Source of the DNA: Christensenellales bacterium
GTDB lineage: Bacteria > Bacillota > Clostridia > Christensenellales > UBA1431
Direction of reading: 5' to 3'
Length of the DNA: 64,000 bases
Assembly (NCBI GenBank): GCA_040772545.1
Contig: JAXGXY010000002.1
Span: 82,841 to 146,840, forward strand
A program made the translations under genes and the position numbers. Below are positions 33,386 to 41,175 of this stretch, piece by piece; the stretch's first letter is position 1, and each line of letters opens with the position of its first letter. The notes beneath the pieces were generated by a model. It was given only the letters and a program-made list of their open reading frames with translations. It was not told the DNA's origin and did not search any database.

Positions 33386-34579
33386 ATGGAAGTTTCCAGG
33401 AGATGCTCGAACATCCTCGGTTCGCTGACGCTGGAGATCAGCGCGAGGGTGAAAGCGATGAAGGCGGAGGGCCACGACGTCATCGGCTTCGGCGCGGGCG
33501 AGCCGGATTTCGGTACGCCTTTGTGGGTGGTGGACGCCGCGAAGGAAGCGCTCGACAAAGGACTGACCCGTTACACGCCCGCCTCGGGCACGCCGGAGCT
33601 GAAAAGGGCGATCTGCGACAGGTACAGGAGGAAATACGGCCTCGACTACGATGTCGCCCAGGTGGTGGTCTCCAACGGCGCGAAGCATTCGCTGTTCAAC
33701 GTCTTCCAGGCGATCCTCAACCCCGGCGACGAGGTGATTGTGCCGGCCCCGTACTGGCTGAGCTATCCGGAAATCGTCAAGATGGCCGACGGCGTTCCCG
33801 TCGCCGTGGAAACGACCGAGGCCGAAGCCTTCAAGCTGTCCCCCCGCGCGCTGAGGGAAGCGGTCACCCCCCGTACCAAAGCGGTCATCATCAACAACCC
33901 CTCCAACCCGACGGGCAGCGTGTACACCCGCGAAGAACTCAGGGAGATCATGGACGCCGCGCTGGACTGCGGCCTCTGCGCCGTGGCCGACGACATTTAC
34001 GAGGAACTCGTCTACGACGGCGCGGAGATGGTATGCATACCGACTTTGGGCGAGAGGTACAGGGAGAATACCATCGTCGTGAGCGGCGCGTCCAAAACCT
34101 ACGCGATGACGGGCTGGCGCATCGGCTATTCGCTCTCCCCGCACGAGATCGCAAAGGCGATGGGGAACTTCCAGAGCCATTCCACGTCCAACCCGAACTC
34201 CATCGCCCAGTACGCGACGATCGCCGCGCTCAACGGCCCCGATGAGGGGATTATCAGGATGCGAGCGGCGTTCGACGAGCGCAGGCGGTTCATGCACGCG
34301 CGCATCAACGGGATAGACGGCCTCGGTTGCCTGCTGCCCTCCGGCGCCTTTTACATGATGATGAACATTTCCGGCATCCTGGGCAGGGAATGGGAAGGAC
34401 GGCGGATTTTAGGTTCCATGGACTTCGCCATGGCCCTGCTCGAAGCGCAGAAGGTCGCCGTCGTGCCCGGCATCTGCTTCGGCGCGGACGATTATGTGCG
34501 CATGTCCTATGCCGTATCCATGCATAACATCGAAAGAGGACTGGACCGTATCGAGGCGTTCTGTGCGGGTCTAAAGTAA
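33386..34579 (+). CDS. pyridoxal-phosphate-dependent aminotransferase (aspartate aminotransferase, class I)
   Basis: 397 aa. 'GAGEPDF', 'NNPSNPTG', 'SGASKTYAMTGWRIGY' (PLP lysine), 'RMSYA'. Confidence 0.88.
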   Translation: MEVSRRCSNILGSLTLEISARVKAMKAEGHDVIGFGAGEPDFGTPLWVVDAAKEALDKGLTRYTPASGTPELKRAICDRYRRKYGLDYDVAQVVVSNGAKHSLFNVFQAILNPGDEVIVPAPYWLSYPEIVKMADGVPVAVETTEAEAFKLSPRALREAVTPRTKAVIINNPSNPTGSVYTREELREIMDAALDCGLCAVADDIYEELVYDGAEMVCIPTLGERYRENTIVVSGASKTYAMTGWRIGYSLSPHEIAKAMGNFQSHSTSNPNSIAQYATIAALNGPDEGIIRMRAAFDERRRFMHARINGIDGLGCLLPSGAFYMMMNISGILGREWEGRRILGSMDFAMALLEAQKVAVVPGICFGADDYVRMSYAVSMHNIERGLDRIEAFCAGLK

Positions 34580-34670
34580 AAAAGCGCACAGGATGCCCCG
34601 TTAAGGCTTAGCGCATGCGGTTATATTGTATACAATTATACAGGGATACACAAAGAAAAGGGTGGGGATC

Positions 34671-36071
34671 ATGATCGAATTCAATCCGAAAACGAATCTT
34701 CTCGAGGAAAACGTGTACGAGTACGAATTACAGGACGTGGAAGAACCCGAGCTTTTCAGGGAGTTCTTCGACTACGGTTCGATCCCCAAAACGGCGTTCA
34801 ACAAGCGCTCCGTGCCCATGGAATGCCCGGAGGAAATCTGGATCACGGACACGACCTTCCGCGACGGGCAGCAGTCCTGCTCGCCTTTCACGCCCGTCCA
34901 GATCGCGCGGCTCTACGAGATGATGCATCGCCTGGGCGGCCCGAAGGGCCTGATCCGCCAATGCGAGTTCTTCATCTATTCCGAAAAGGACCGCGAAGCC
35001 GTGCGCCGCTGCCAGGACTTCGGGTTCGAGTTCCCCCAGATCACCAGCTGGATACGGGCGCACGAAAAGGATTTCCGTCTGGTGAGGGAAATGGGCCTGA
35101 AGGAAACGGGAATCCTGGTGAGCTGCTCGGATTACCATATATTCAAGAAGATGAACCTCACGCGCGCCAAGGCGATGGACAAATACCTCGGGATCGTAAA
35201 GGGGGCGCTGGATAACGGGATCTGCCCGCGCTGCCATTTCGAGGACATCACGAGGGCCGACTTTTACGGCTTCGTGGTCCCCTTCGCACGGGCGCTGATG
35301 GAGCTGTCCAAGCAAAGCGGCATACCGGTCAAGATACGCGCCTGCGACACGCTGGGGTACGGCGTGACCTATCCCGGCGTCTCCCTTCCGCGCTGTGTAC
35401 AGGGGATCGTCTACGGGCTCAGGCGGTTTGCCGAGGTGCCCAGCCGGCAGCTCGAATGGCACGGCCACAACGACTTCTACAAGGTGGTTACCAACGCGGC
35501 CACGGCCTGGCTCTACGGCAGTTCCGCCGTGAACTGCGCGCTGCTCGGGATCGGCGAGCGCACCGGCAACTGCCCGCTCGAGGCGATGGCCATCGAGTAC
35601 GCTTCCCTCCGGGGGACCAACGACGGCATGGACTATTCCGTCATCACGGAGATCGCCGAGTTCTTCGAATACGAACTGGGGTACGAAATCCCGCCGCGCA
35701 CACCGTTCGTGGGGCGCAGCTTCAACACGACGCGCGCGGGCATCCACGCCGACGGCCTTTTAAAGGACGAGGAGATCTACAACATCTTCGACACCGCGAA
35801 GATCCTCAACCGCCCCGCAGGCGTGGCCGTGGACTCGCATTCCGGGCTGGCCGGCATCGCGCACTGGATGAACGGCTACTTCGACCTTAGGGGGGAGCAT
35901 GCGATGGACAAGCGCTCGGAGATGGTGCAGAGGATAAAGGCGCTGGTCGACGCGGAGTACGAAGGCGGACGGACCACGGCGATGGGCGACATGGAACTCG
36001 AGGAGATGGTGCGCAACACCGACGTCGAGGCGTACATCATGCTCTGCCACCACAAGAACAAGACGGCGTGA
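34671..36071 (+). CDS. HMGL-like aldolase: homocitrate / Re-citrate synthase-like (isopropylmalate synthase superfamily)
   Basis: ATG 34671 after GGGTGGGGA. 'ITDTTFRDGQQS' is the DRE-TIM metallolyase motif; also 'WHGHNDFY', 'GIGERTGNCPLE'. No LeuA C-terminal regulatory domain recognised. Confidence 0.7.
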   Translation: MIEFNPKTNLLEENVYEYELQDVEEPELFREFFDYGSIPKTAFNKRSVPMECPEEIWITDTTFRDGQQSCSPFTPVQIARLYEMMHRLGGPKGLIRQCEFFIYSEKDREAVRRCQDFGFEFPQITSWIRAHEKDFRLVREMGLKETGILVSCSDYHIFKKMNLTRAKAMDKYLGIVKGALDNGICPRCHFEDITRADFYGFVVPFARALMELSKQSGIPVKIRACDTLGYGVTYPGVSLPRCVQGIVYGLRRFAEVPSRQLEWHGHNDFYKVVTNAATAWLYGSSAVNCALLGIGERTGNCPLEAMAIEYASLRGTNDGMDYSVITEIAEFFEYELGYEIPPRTPFVGRSFNTTRAGIHADGLLKDEEIYNIFDTAKILNRPAGVAVDSHSGLAGIAHWMNGYFDLRGEHAMDKRSEMVQRIKALVDAEYEGGRTTAMGDMELEEMVRNTDVEAYIMLCHHKNKTA

Positions 36072-36110
36072 CCCTCGCCGTGAAGGTGTGACGCATCAGC
36101 ACCCGCTTTC

Positions 36111-36135
36111 GGGGCGCCCGTTCAGGGGCGCTTTT
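36111..36135 (+). terminator. terminator after the citrate-synthase-like gene (left copy of a duplicated hairpin)
   Basis: GGGGCGCCCgttcaGGGGCGCTTTT. Confidence 0.65.
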
Positions 36136-36266
36136 GGCCGTCGACAAACCCTTCGGGATTTGTCGACGGTTTTCCGTGTGGTTAATATGCCGCTTTTAGG
36201 CGGCATTTTTCAATCCAATCTGACGCACATGTCGTCAGATTGGATTGAAAGTGGGGGATTGGCATC
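36136..36266 (+). repeat. family-1 modular four-hairpin element, copy 2
   Basis: Hairpins 1 and 3 are identical to copy 1. Hairpin 2 is replaced by ATATGCCGCttttaGGCGGCATTTTT. Followed by GGATTGAAAGTGGGGG. Confidence 0.85.
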
Positions 36267-36291
36267 TTGTTGTAGGCTTTTTTGACAGTCT

Positions 36292-36316
36292 GGGGCGCCC
36301 GTTCGGGGGCGCCTTT
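36292..36316 (+). terminator. right copy of the duplicated terminator hairpin
   Basis: GGGGCGCCCgttcGGGGGCGCCTTTATT, near-identical to 36111-36131. Confidence 0.55.
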
Positions 36317-36451
36317 ATTCCCCGTTCGTTCCTCCGATTTAAAAAAAGCTGAAAAAAAACCGCAACGCTGGCAAGACCGGGACAAATCGTTTATAATAAA
36401 CCTATCTTCAGGCCGGCCGGCATGAAGGATAAACTGGGGAGGGAACGGACT

Positions 36452-36862
36452 ATGCTCAAGATTCTGATGGGAAAGAAAGGCGTGGGCAAGACCAAACGGA
36501 TCATTCAGATGGCCAACGAGGAATCCGGAGATAACAAGGGAAATTCTGTGTTCGTCGACGATGACAACCGCTACATGTTCGAGATCAAACGGCCTGTCCG
36601 CTTCATCGACGCTTCCGAGTACCGCATCGACGGCGCTCCCATGTTTCTGGGCTTCATCGCGGGGCTTATGGCCAGCGACTACGACCTCGAGACCCTGTAC
36701 ATAGACGGCTTCCTCAAAATCGTGCGCTCCGAAAACCTGGACAGCCTTGTGGACTTCTTCAAACGCCTGGACAGGCTCACAAGCGACCTGAACGTGATCA
36801 TCAGCATCAAGGGGGACCCCCAGACAGTCCCCGAAGCGTTGAAAAAATATCTCATGAACTGA
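36452..36862 (+). CDS. hypothetical protein with Walker-A-like motif
   Basis: ATG 36452 after GGGGAGGG. 'MLKILMGKKGVGKTK' is P-loop-like. 136 aa; no other motif recognised. Confidence 0.5.
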   Translation: MLKILMGKKGVGKTKRIIQMANEESGDNKGNSVFVDDDNRYMFEIKRPVRFIDASEYRIDGAPMFLGFIAGLMASDYDLETLYIDGFLKIVRSENLDSLVDFFKRLDRLTSDLNVIISIKGDPQTVPEALKKYLMN

Positions 36863-36876
36863 ACTTTGGAGGACGT

Positions 36877-38379
36877 ATGGAGTATATCAGCACCCGGGGC
36901 GGCGGCGGGAGCGCCGACGCCGGCCAAGCCATCATACAGGGCATCGCGTCCGATGGTGGCTTGTTTGTGCCCCGAGAATTCCCCGAGGCAAGGCTCGAGG
37001 GGGTTCTCGAAGCGGCCGGGAAGGGTTATCCGGCCCTTGCCCGGCATATCATCGCCCCGTATCTGGGCGGGTTCACCGGCGAGGAGATACGCGCCGTCGT
37101 GGCCGGCGCCTACGAAGAAGGCTTCGACCATGATGACAAGGCGCCCGTCGTGCGCCTGACCGGCGGGCAACACGTGCTCGAACTCTGGCACGGGCCCACC
37201 CTGGCCTTCAAGGACATGGCGCTGCAGATGCTCCCGCACCTGATGCGCGTTTCGCGCGGGAAAGCGGGCGAAAAGGCGCGCATACTCATCCTTGTGGCCA
37301 CCTCGGGCGACACCGGGAAAGCGGCGCTCGAAGGCTTTTCGGGCGTGGAGGGGACCAGCATCGCGGTGTTTTACCCGCACGGGGGCGTATCGCCGGCGCA
37401 GGAGCTTCAGATGGTCACCCACGGGGGAGACAACGTGTTCGTCGGGGCGGTGCGGGGGAACTTCGACGACACGCAGACGGCGATCAAGCGCGTCTTCGGC
37501 GACGCGGCCTTCGCAGAAGCGCTGTCGGAGCGCGGAGTGAAACTTTCCTCGGCCAATTCCATCAACTGGGGGAGGCTCCTGCCCCAGATCGCGTACTATT
37601 TCTGGGCGTACGCCAGCCTGGTGGGAAAAGGCGCGGTAACCCCCGGCCGGGAAGTGAACTTCGTTGTCCCCACCGGCAACTTCGGCAACATCCTCGCGGG
37701 GTATTACGCGAAACGGATGGGGCTGCCGGTGCGCAGGCTGGTCTGCGCGTCCAACGCGAACAACGTGCTGACCGACTTCTTCTCGTTGGGCAGGTACGAC
37801 GCGAAGCGCCCGTTCTACAGGACGATCTCGCCCTCGATGGACATCCTGATCTCGAGCAACCTCGAACGCCTGCTCTTCGAGATCGCGCAACGCGACGCGG
37901 GCGCGGTCTGCGCCTGGATGCGCGCGCTTAAAGCGAAGGGGGAGTACAGCGTGGCGCCGGAACTGATGCGCGAGGCGTCCGGCCTGTTCGCGGCCGGGTG
38001 CTGCGACGACGCGCGGACGAAGGCGGCCATCCGCAGCGTCTTCGAGGCGCACGGGTATCTGATGGACCCGCACACGGCGGTGGCCAAGCGGGTGTACGAC
38101 GATTACCTCGAATATACGGGCGACGGCACGCCGGCGGTGATCGTCTCCACGGCAAGCCCGTTCAAGTTCAGCGCGGACGTACTGGACGCCCTGGGGGACG
38201 CGGGCGGAGGGAGAGACGAAATCGCTTCGGCGCGGCGGCTTGGCGCGGTCAGCGGCCTGGAGCCGCCGGACGCCATCCTCGGGCTCAGGGACCTGCCCGT
38301 GCGTTTTTCCGAAGTGCTATGTACCGATACGATAAAGGCGCGTATGCTGCGTTTCGCGGATACGCAGCCGAAAGGATGA
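36877..38379 (+). CDS. thrC: threonine synthase
   Basis: 500 aa. 'MEYISTRGG', 'LELWHGPTLAFKDMALQ' (PLP lysine), 'ATSGDTGKAA'. Long-form ThrC. Confidence 0.92.
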   Translation: MEYISTRGGGGSADAGQAIIQGIASDGGLFVPREFPEARLEGVLEAAGKGYPALARHIIAPYLGGFTGEEIRAVVAGAYEEGFDHDDKAPVVRLTGGQHVLELWHGPTLAFKDMALQMLPHLMRVSRGKAGEKARILILVATSGDTGKAALEGFSGVEGTSIAVFYPHGGVSPAQELQMVTHGGDNVFVGAVRGNFDDTQTAIKRVFGDAAFAEALSERGVKLSSANSINWGRLLPQIAYYFWAYASLVGKGAVTPGREVNFVVPTGNFGNILAGYYAKRMGLPVRRLVCASNANNVLTDFFSLGRYDAKRPFYRTISPSMDILISSNLERLLFEIAQRDAGAVCAWMRALKAKGEYSVAPELMREASGLFAAGCCDDARTKAAIRSVFEAHGYLMDPHTAVAKRVYDDYLEYTGDGTPAVIVSTASPFKFSADVLDALGDAGGGRDEIASARRLGAVSGLEPPDAILGLRDLPVRFSEVLCTDTIKARMLRFADTQPKG

Positions 38380-38383
38380 GACG

Positions 38384-39400
38384 ATGGCGGAGCAACGAAG
38401 CAAAGAAAAACAGAAGGTAATATTCAGCGGCATACAGCCGTCGGGCGGGTTCACGCTGGGGAACTACCTGGGCGCGATCGCGAACTGGGTGCGCATGCAG
38501 CGCGAATACCGGTGCTATTACTGTGTCGTGGACCTGCACGCGATGACCGTGCGGCAGGAACCGAAGGAGTTCAGGCGGCGGACGCTCGAATCGCTGGCGC
38601 TGCTGATCGCCTGCGGGCTGGACCCCGGCGTAAACACGATGTACGTCCAGTCCCACGTACCGGCGCACGCACAGATGGCCTGGCTGCTCAACTGCTACAC
38701 GTACACAGGCGAGCTCGGGCGCATGACGCAGTTCAAGGAAAAAAGCCAGAAGCACAGCGAGAACATCAACGTGGGGTTGTTCGCCTACCCCGTGCTGATG
38801 GCGGCCGACATCCTTCTGTACCAGGCCGACCTCGTGCCGGTGGGCGCGGACCAGAAACAGCACCTGGAGATCACGAGGGACATCGCGCTCAGGTTCAACG
38901 CCCTGTATGGAAACGTGTTCACGGTGCCCGAGCCCTATATCCCGGAATCCGGCGCGCGGATCATGAGCCTGCAGGACCCCGTGAGCAAGATGTCCAAGTC
39001 GGACGAGAACCCGAACGCCTATATCCTGCTGACCGACCCTCCGGACGCCGTCGTGAGGAAGATCAGGCGGGCGGTCACCGACTCCGAGGGCAGCGTGCGC
39101 TGCGCCGACGACAAGCCCGGCGTCTCCAACCTGATGCACATCTACTGCGCCGCTACGGGAACGGCCATCGAGCGGATGGAGGCCGACTTTGCGGACAAGG
39201 GCTACAAGGAACTGAAGGAAGCCGTCGCAGGGGCGGTGGTGGAGACCCTCAGGCCGATACAGGACGAGTTCAGGCGCCTGACGGCCGACAAGGGGTACCT
39301 TGAGAGCGTGATGCGGGACAACGCGCAGCGCGCCGCGGCCGTGGCCGAAAGGACGCTAGATAAGGTCCATAAAAAGATAGGCCTTGTGGCGAGGCCGTAG
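38384..39400 (+). CDS. trpS: tryptophan--tRNA ligase
   Basis: 'IFSGIQPSGGFTLGNYLGA', 'VPVGADQKQHLE', 'KMSKSD'. Confidence 0.95.
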   Translation: MAEQRSKEKQKVIFSGIQPSGGFTLGNYLGAIANWVRMQREYRCYYCVVDLHAMTVRQEPKEFRRRTLESLALLIACGLDPGVNTMYVQSHVPAHAQMAWLLNCYTYTGELGRMTQFKEKSQKHSENINVGLFAYPVLMAADILLYQADLVPVGADQKQHLEITRDIALRFNALYGNVFTVPEPYIPESGARIMSLQDPVSKMSKSDENPNAYILLTDPPDAVVRKIRRAVTDSEGSVRCADDKPGVSNLMHIYCAATGTAIERMEADFADKGYKELKEAVAGAVVETLRPIQDEFRRLTADKGYLESVMRDNAQRAAAVAERTLDKVHKKIGLVARP

Positions 39401-39433
39401 CCGCGCACCGTGCCGGGTTTATTAAAAAAGAAA

Positions 39434-39467
39434 GGGCGCCGGGCGATAACGCGGCGCTCGTTTTTTG
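39434..39467 (+). terminator. intrinsic terminator after trpS
   Basis: GCGCCGggcgataacgCGGCGCtcgTTTTTTG. Confidence 0.7.
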
Positions 39468-39832
39468 TCGAAATATGGGGGTTTACGATGCGCCGCAAAA
39501 GGCCGGAAAACGGGCCGCCGCATTTTTGGAGAGATTCTCGGGGGAAACCGTGGCTTTTTTTGAAACCCGTTGTTTGCCACCGGCCGCATATGCTATATAT
39601 AAAATGCACCTAAGGCCGGTCCGGCTCTTTTCCCGGAGCCAAAGACCCTTCGCGCGAGGTCAGGCGGCGCCGGTTTTTCATATAGAGACACGATCGGCAA
39701 CGGCATGCGCCGTTCACGTGGTTTCTTATTTATCAAAACGGAACGGGACGGCGAACGCCGGCCTTTTGCATCTCGTTAGGCACACGGAGGCGGAATACGG
39801 CATGCACGTCCGATTGCGGGGAGGGAAACGGT

Positions 39833-40189
39833 GTGTACGGCAATGCCGAACGGATCCTGCTGCTCAACAGGAAGGGGTATTCCAACAGGGCGATCGCAAG
39901 GGAACTGGGCATCTCCCGCGAGAGCGTAAACAAAGCCGTGCTTTCGATGGGCGCGGTGTCGCCGTTTGCCAGGCCGGTGCGCGTGATGCCGAACCCCGTG
40001 GAAAAAGAGCGCGCGCTTCGCGGCGGGGACGTGCTCGCGTATTTTTCGGGGGGCATCGACGATGTCCCGGTATCCCTCAGGGCGGTGGTGGTGAGGCAGT
40101 ACAGGCGGTTTCTGCACTGCCGGGTGGAGGCGCTGCAGGACGGGCAATGGGTCTACGTCTACGACCAGTGCTTCGCCCGGCACGGCTAG
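39833..40189 (+). CDS. helix-turn-helix DNA-binding protein (resolvase-HTH / sigma region-4-like)
   Basis: GTG start after GGGGAGGG. 'RILLLNRKGYSNRAIARELGISRESVNKAV' is an HTH. 118 aa. Confidence 0.6.
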   Translation: MYGNAERILLLNRKGYSNRAIARELGISRESVNKAVLSMGAVSPFARPVRVMPNPVEKERALRGGDVLAYFSGGIDDVPVSLRAVVVRQYRRFLHCRVEALQDGQWVYVYDQCFARHG

Positions 40190-40204
40190 GAAGGGGGCCC
40201 GGGC

Positions 40205-40708
40205 ATGGACTTCGAGCAGGAGTTGCGGCGGTACCGCGAAGCGAAGGGCATGGTCGCTTTCATCGAGAACGAACTCGAACTGCTTAAGGGGATGAAGGAA
40301 GACAGGGGCTTTCGGGACGAGGGCATCGAGGCCGGGTCCCTGGGCGGCGCGGCGCATAGCTTGGCGAAGGGCGCTATGAAGCTGTCGCGCGTGGAACACT
40401 GCGGCCTGCGGCAGGCCGCGGGCGGGGGCGGGGAGGAACTCGACGCGGAGATACGCTCCCTGGAGCACAGGCTGAGGCATCTGCGGTACCGCATCCGAAG
40501 GGTGGAGGCGATGCTGTGCGCGCTTACCCAGCGGGAGCGCCTGGTCGTGCAGAAATTCTACATCGAGGGGCACCCGTGGAGCGACGTGGTCGCCCTGTAC
40601 AGGCAGGAGATGCCCTCGCCCAGGGAGGCGGATGCGCTCAAGGCGACGCGCAACGCGGCGATGGACAAAATGCGCCAGATATTCCTGCGCTGCAAGCTGC
40701 CGGCATAG
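40205..40708 (+). CDS. sigma-70 region-4-like small regulator (mobile-element/phage type)
   Basis: 167 aa. N-terminal coiled-coil-like region, then C-terminal 'LTQRERLVVQKFYIEGHPWSDVV...ATRNAAMDKMRQIF'. Confidence 0.6.
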   Translation: MDFEQELRRYREAKGMVAFIENELELLKGMKEDRGFRDEGIEAGSLGGAAHSLAKGAMKLSRVEHCGLRQAAGGGGEELDAEIRSLEHRLRHLRYRIRRVEAMLCALTQRERLVVQKFYIEGHPWSDVVALYRQEMPSPREADALKATRNAAMDKMRQIFLRCKLPA

Positions 40709-40794
40709 CGCCGCCGCCGGCTCGCGTGAAGAAGGACCGGCTTCGTTTCGCGGCGGGCGGCCGGTCCTTTTGCGGCGGCGTTTTGGTTTATGCA

Positions 40795-41175
40795 TCAGCA
40801 GCGTTTTCTCCTTCTTATCCCGGCGTCCTGGACGATGTTGAGCGCCTCGCCGAAGCGCTGGAAATGCACGACCTCTCGCTCCCTGAGGAACAGCAGCGGA
40901 TTGCGCACGTCCGGGTCGGCGGTAAGGCGGATCAGGTGCTCGTACGTCGCGCGCGCCTTCTGCTCTGCGGCCATGTCCTCGGTAAGGTCGGCGACCGGGT
41001 CGCCGGTGCAGGCGACGTAGGAAGCCGTGAAAGGGACGCCGTTCGGGTCGCAGGGGAAGAGCCCGAAGTCGTGCTCGGTGTAGAACCCTTCCATCCCCGA
41101 GGCGCGGATGCCCGCGACCGACGCGCCGCGCATGCACTGGTGGATCATCGTCCCTATCATCTCCCAGTGGGCCAA
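40795..41175 (-). CDS. cotJC: spore coat protein CotJC (manganese-catalase family), 3' segment (codons 66-191) of a split gene
   Basis: 'LAHWEMIGTMIHQ...NGVPFTASYVACTGDPVADLTEDMAAEQKARATYEHLI...FLREREVVHFQRF' aligns with B. subtilis CotJC residues ~66-189 as I recall them. No start codon or RBS of its own. Confidence 0.85.
   Translation of the reverse strand: MAHWEMIGTMIHQCMRGASVAGIRASGMEGFYTEHDFGLFPCDPNGVPFTASYVACTGDPVADLTEDMAAEQKARATYEHLIRLTADPDVRNPLLFLREREVVHFQRFGEALNIVQDAGIRRRKRC

Noticed and set aside
39475-40287. 270-aa ORF spanning the trpS-HTH intergenic region.
   Set aside because: Low-complexity Arg/Ala-rich translation that overlaps the HTH gene in another frame. It was treated as non-coding.
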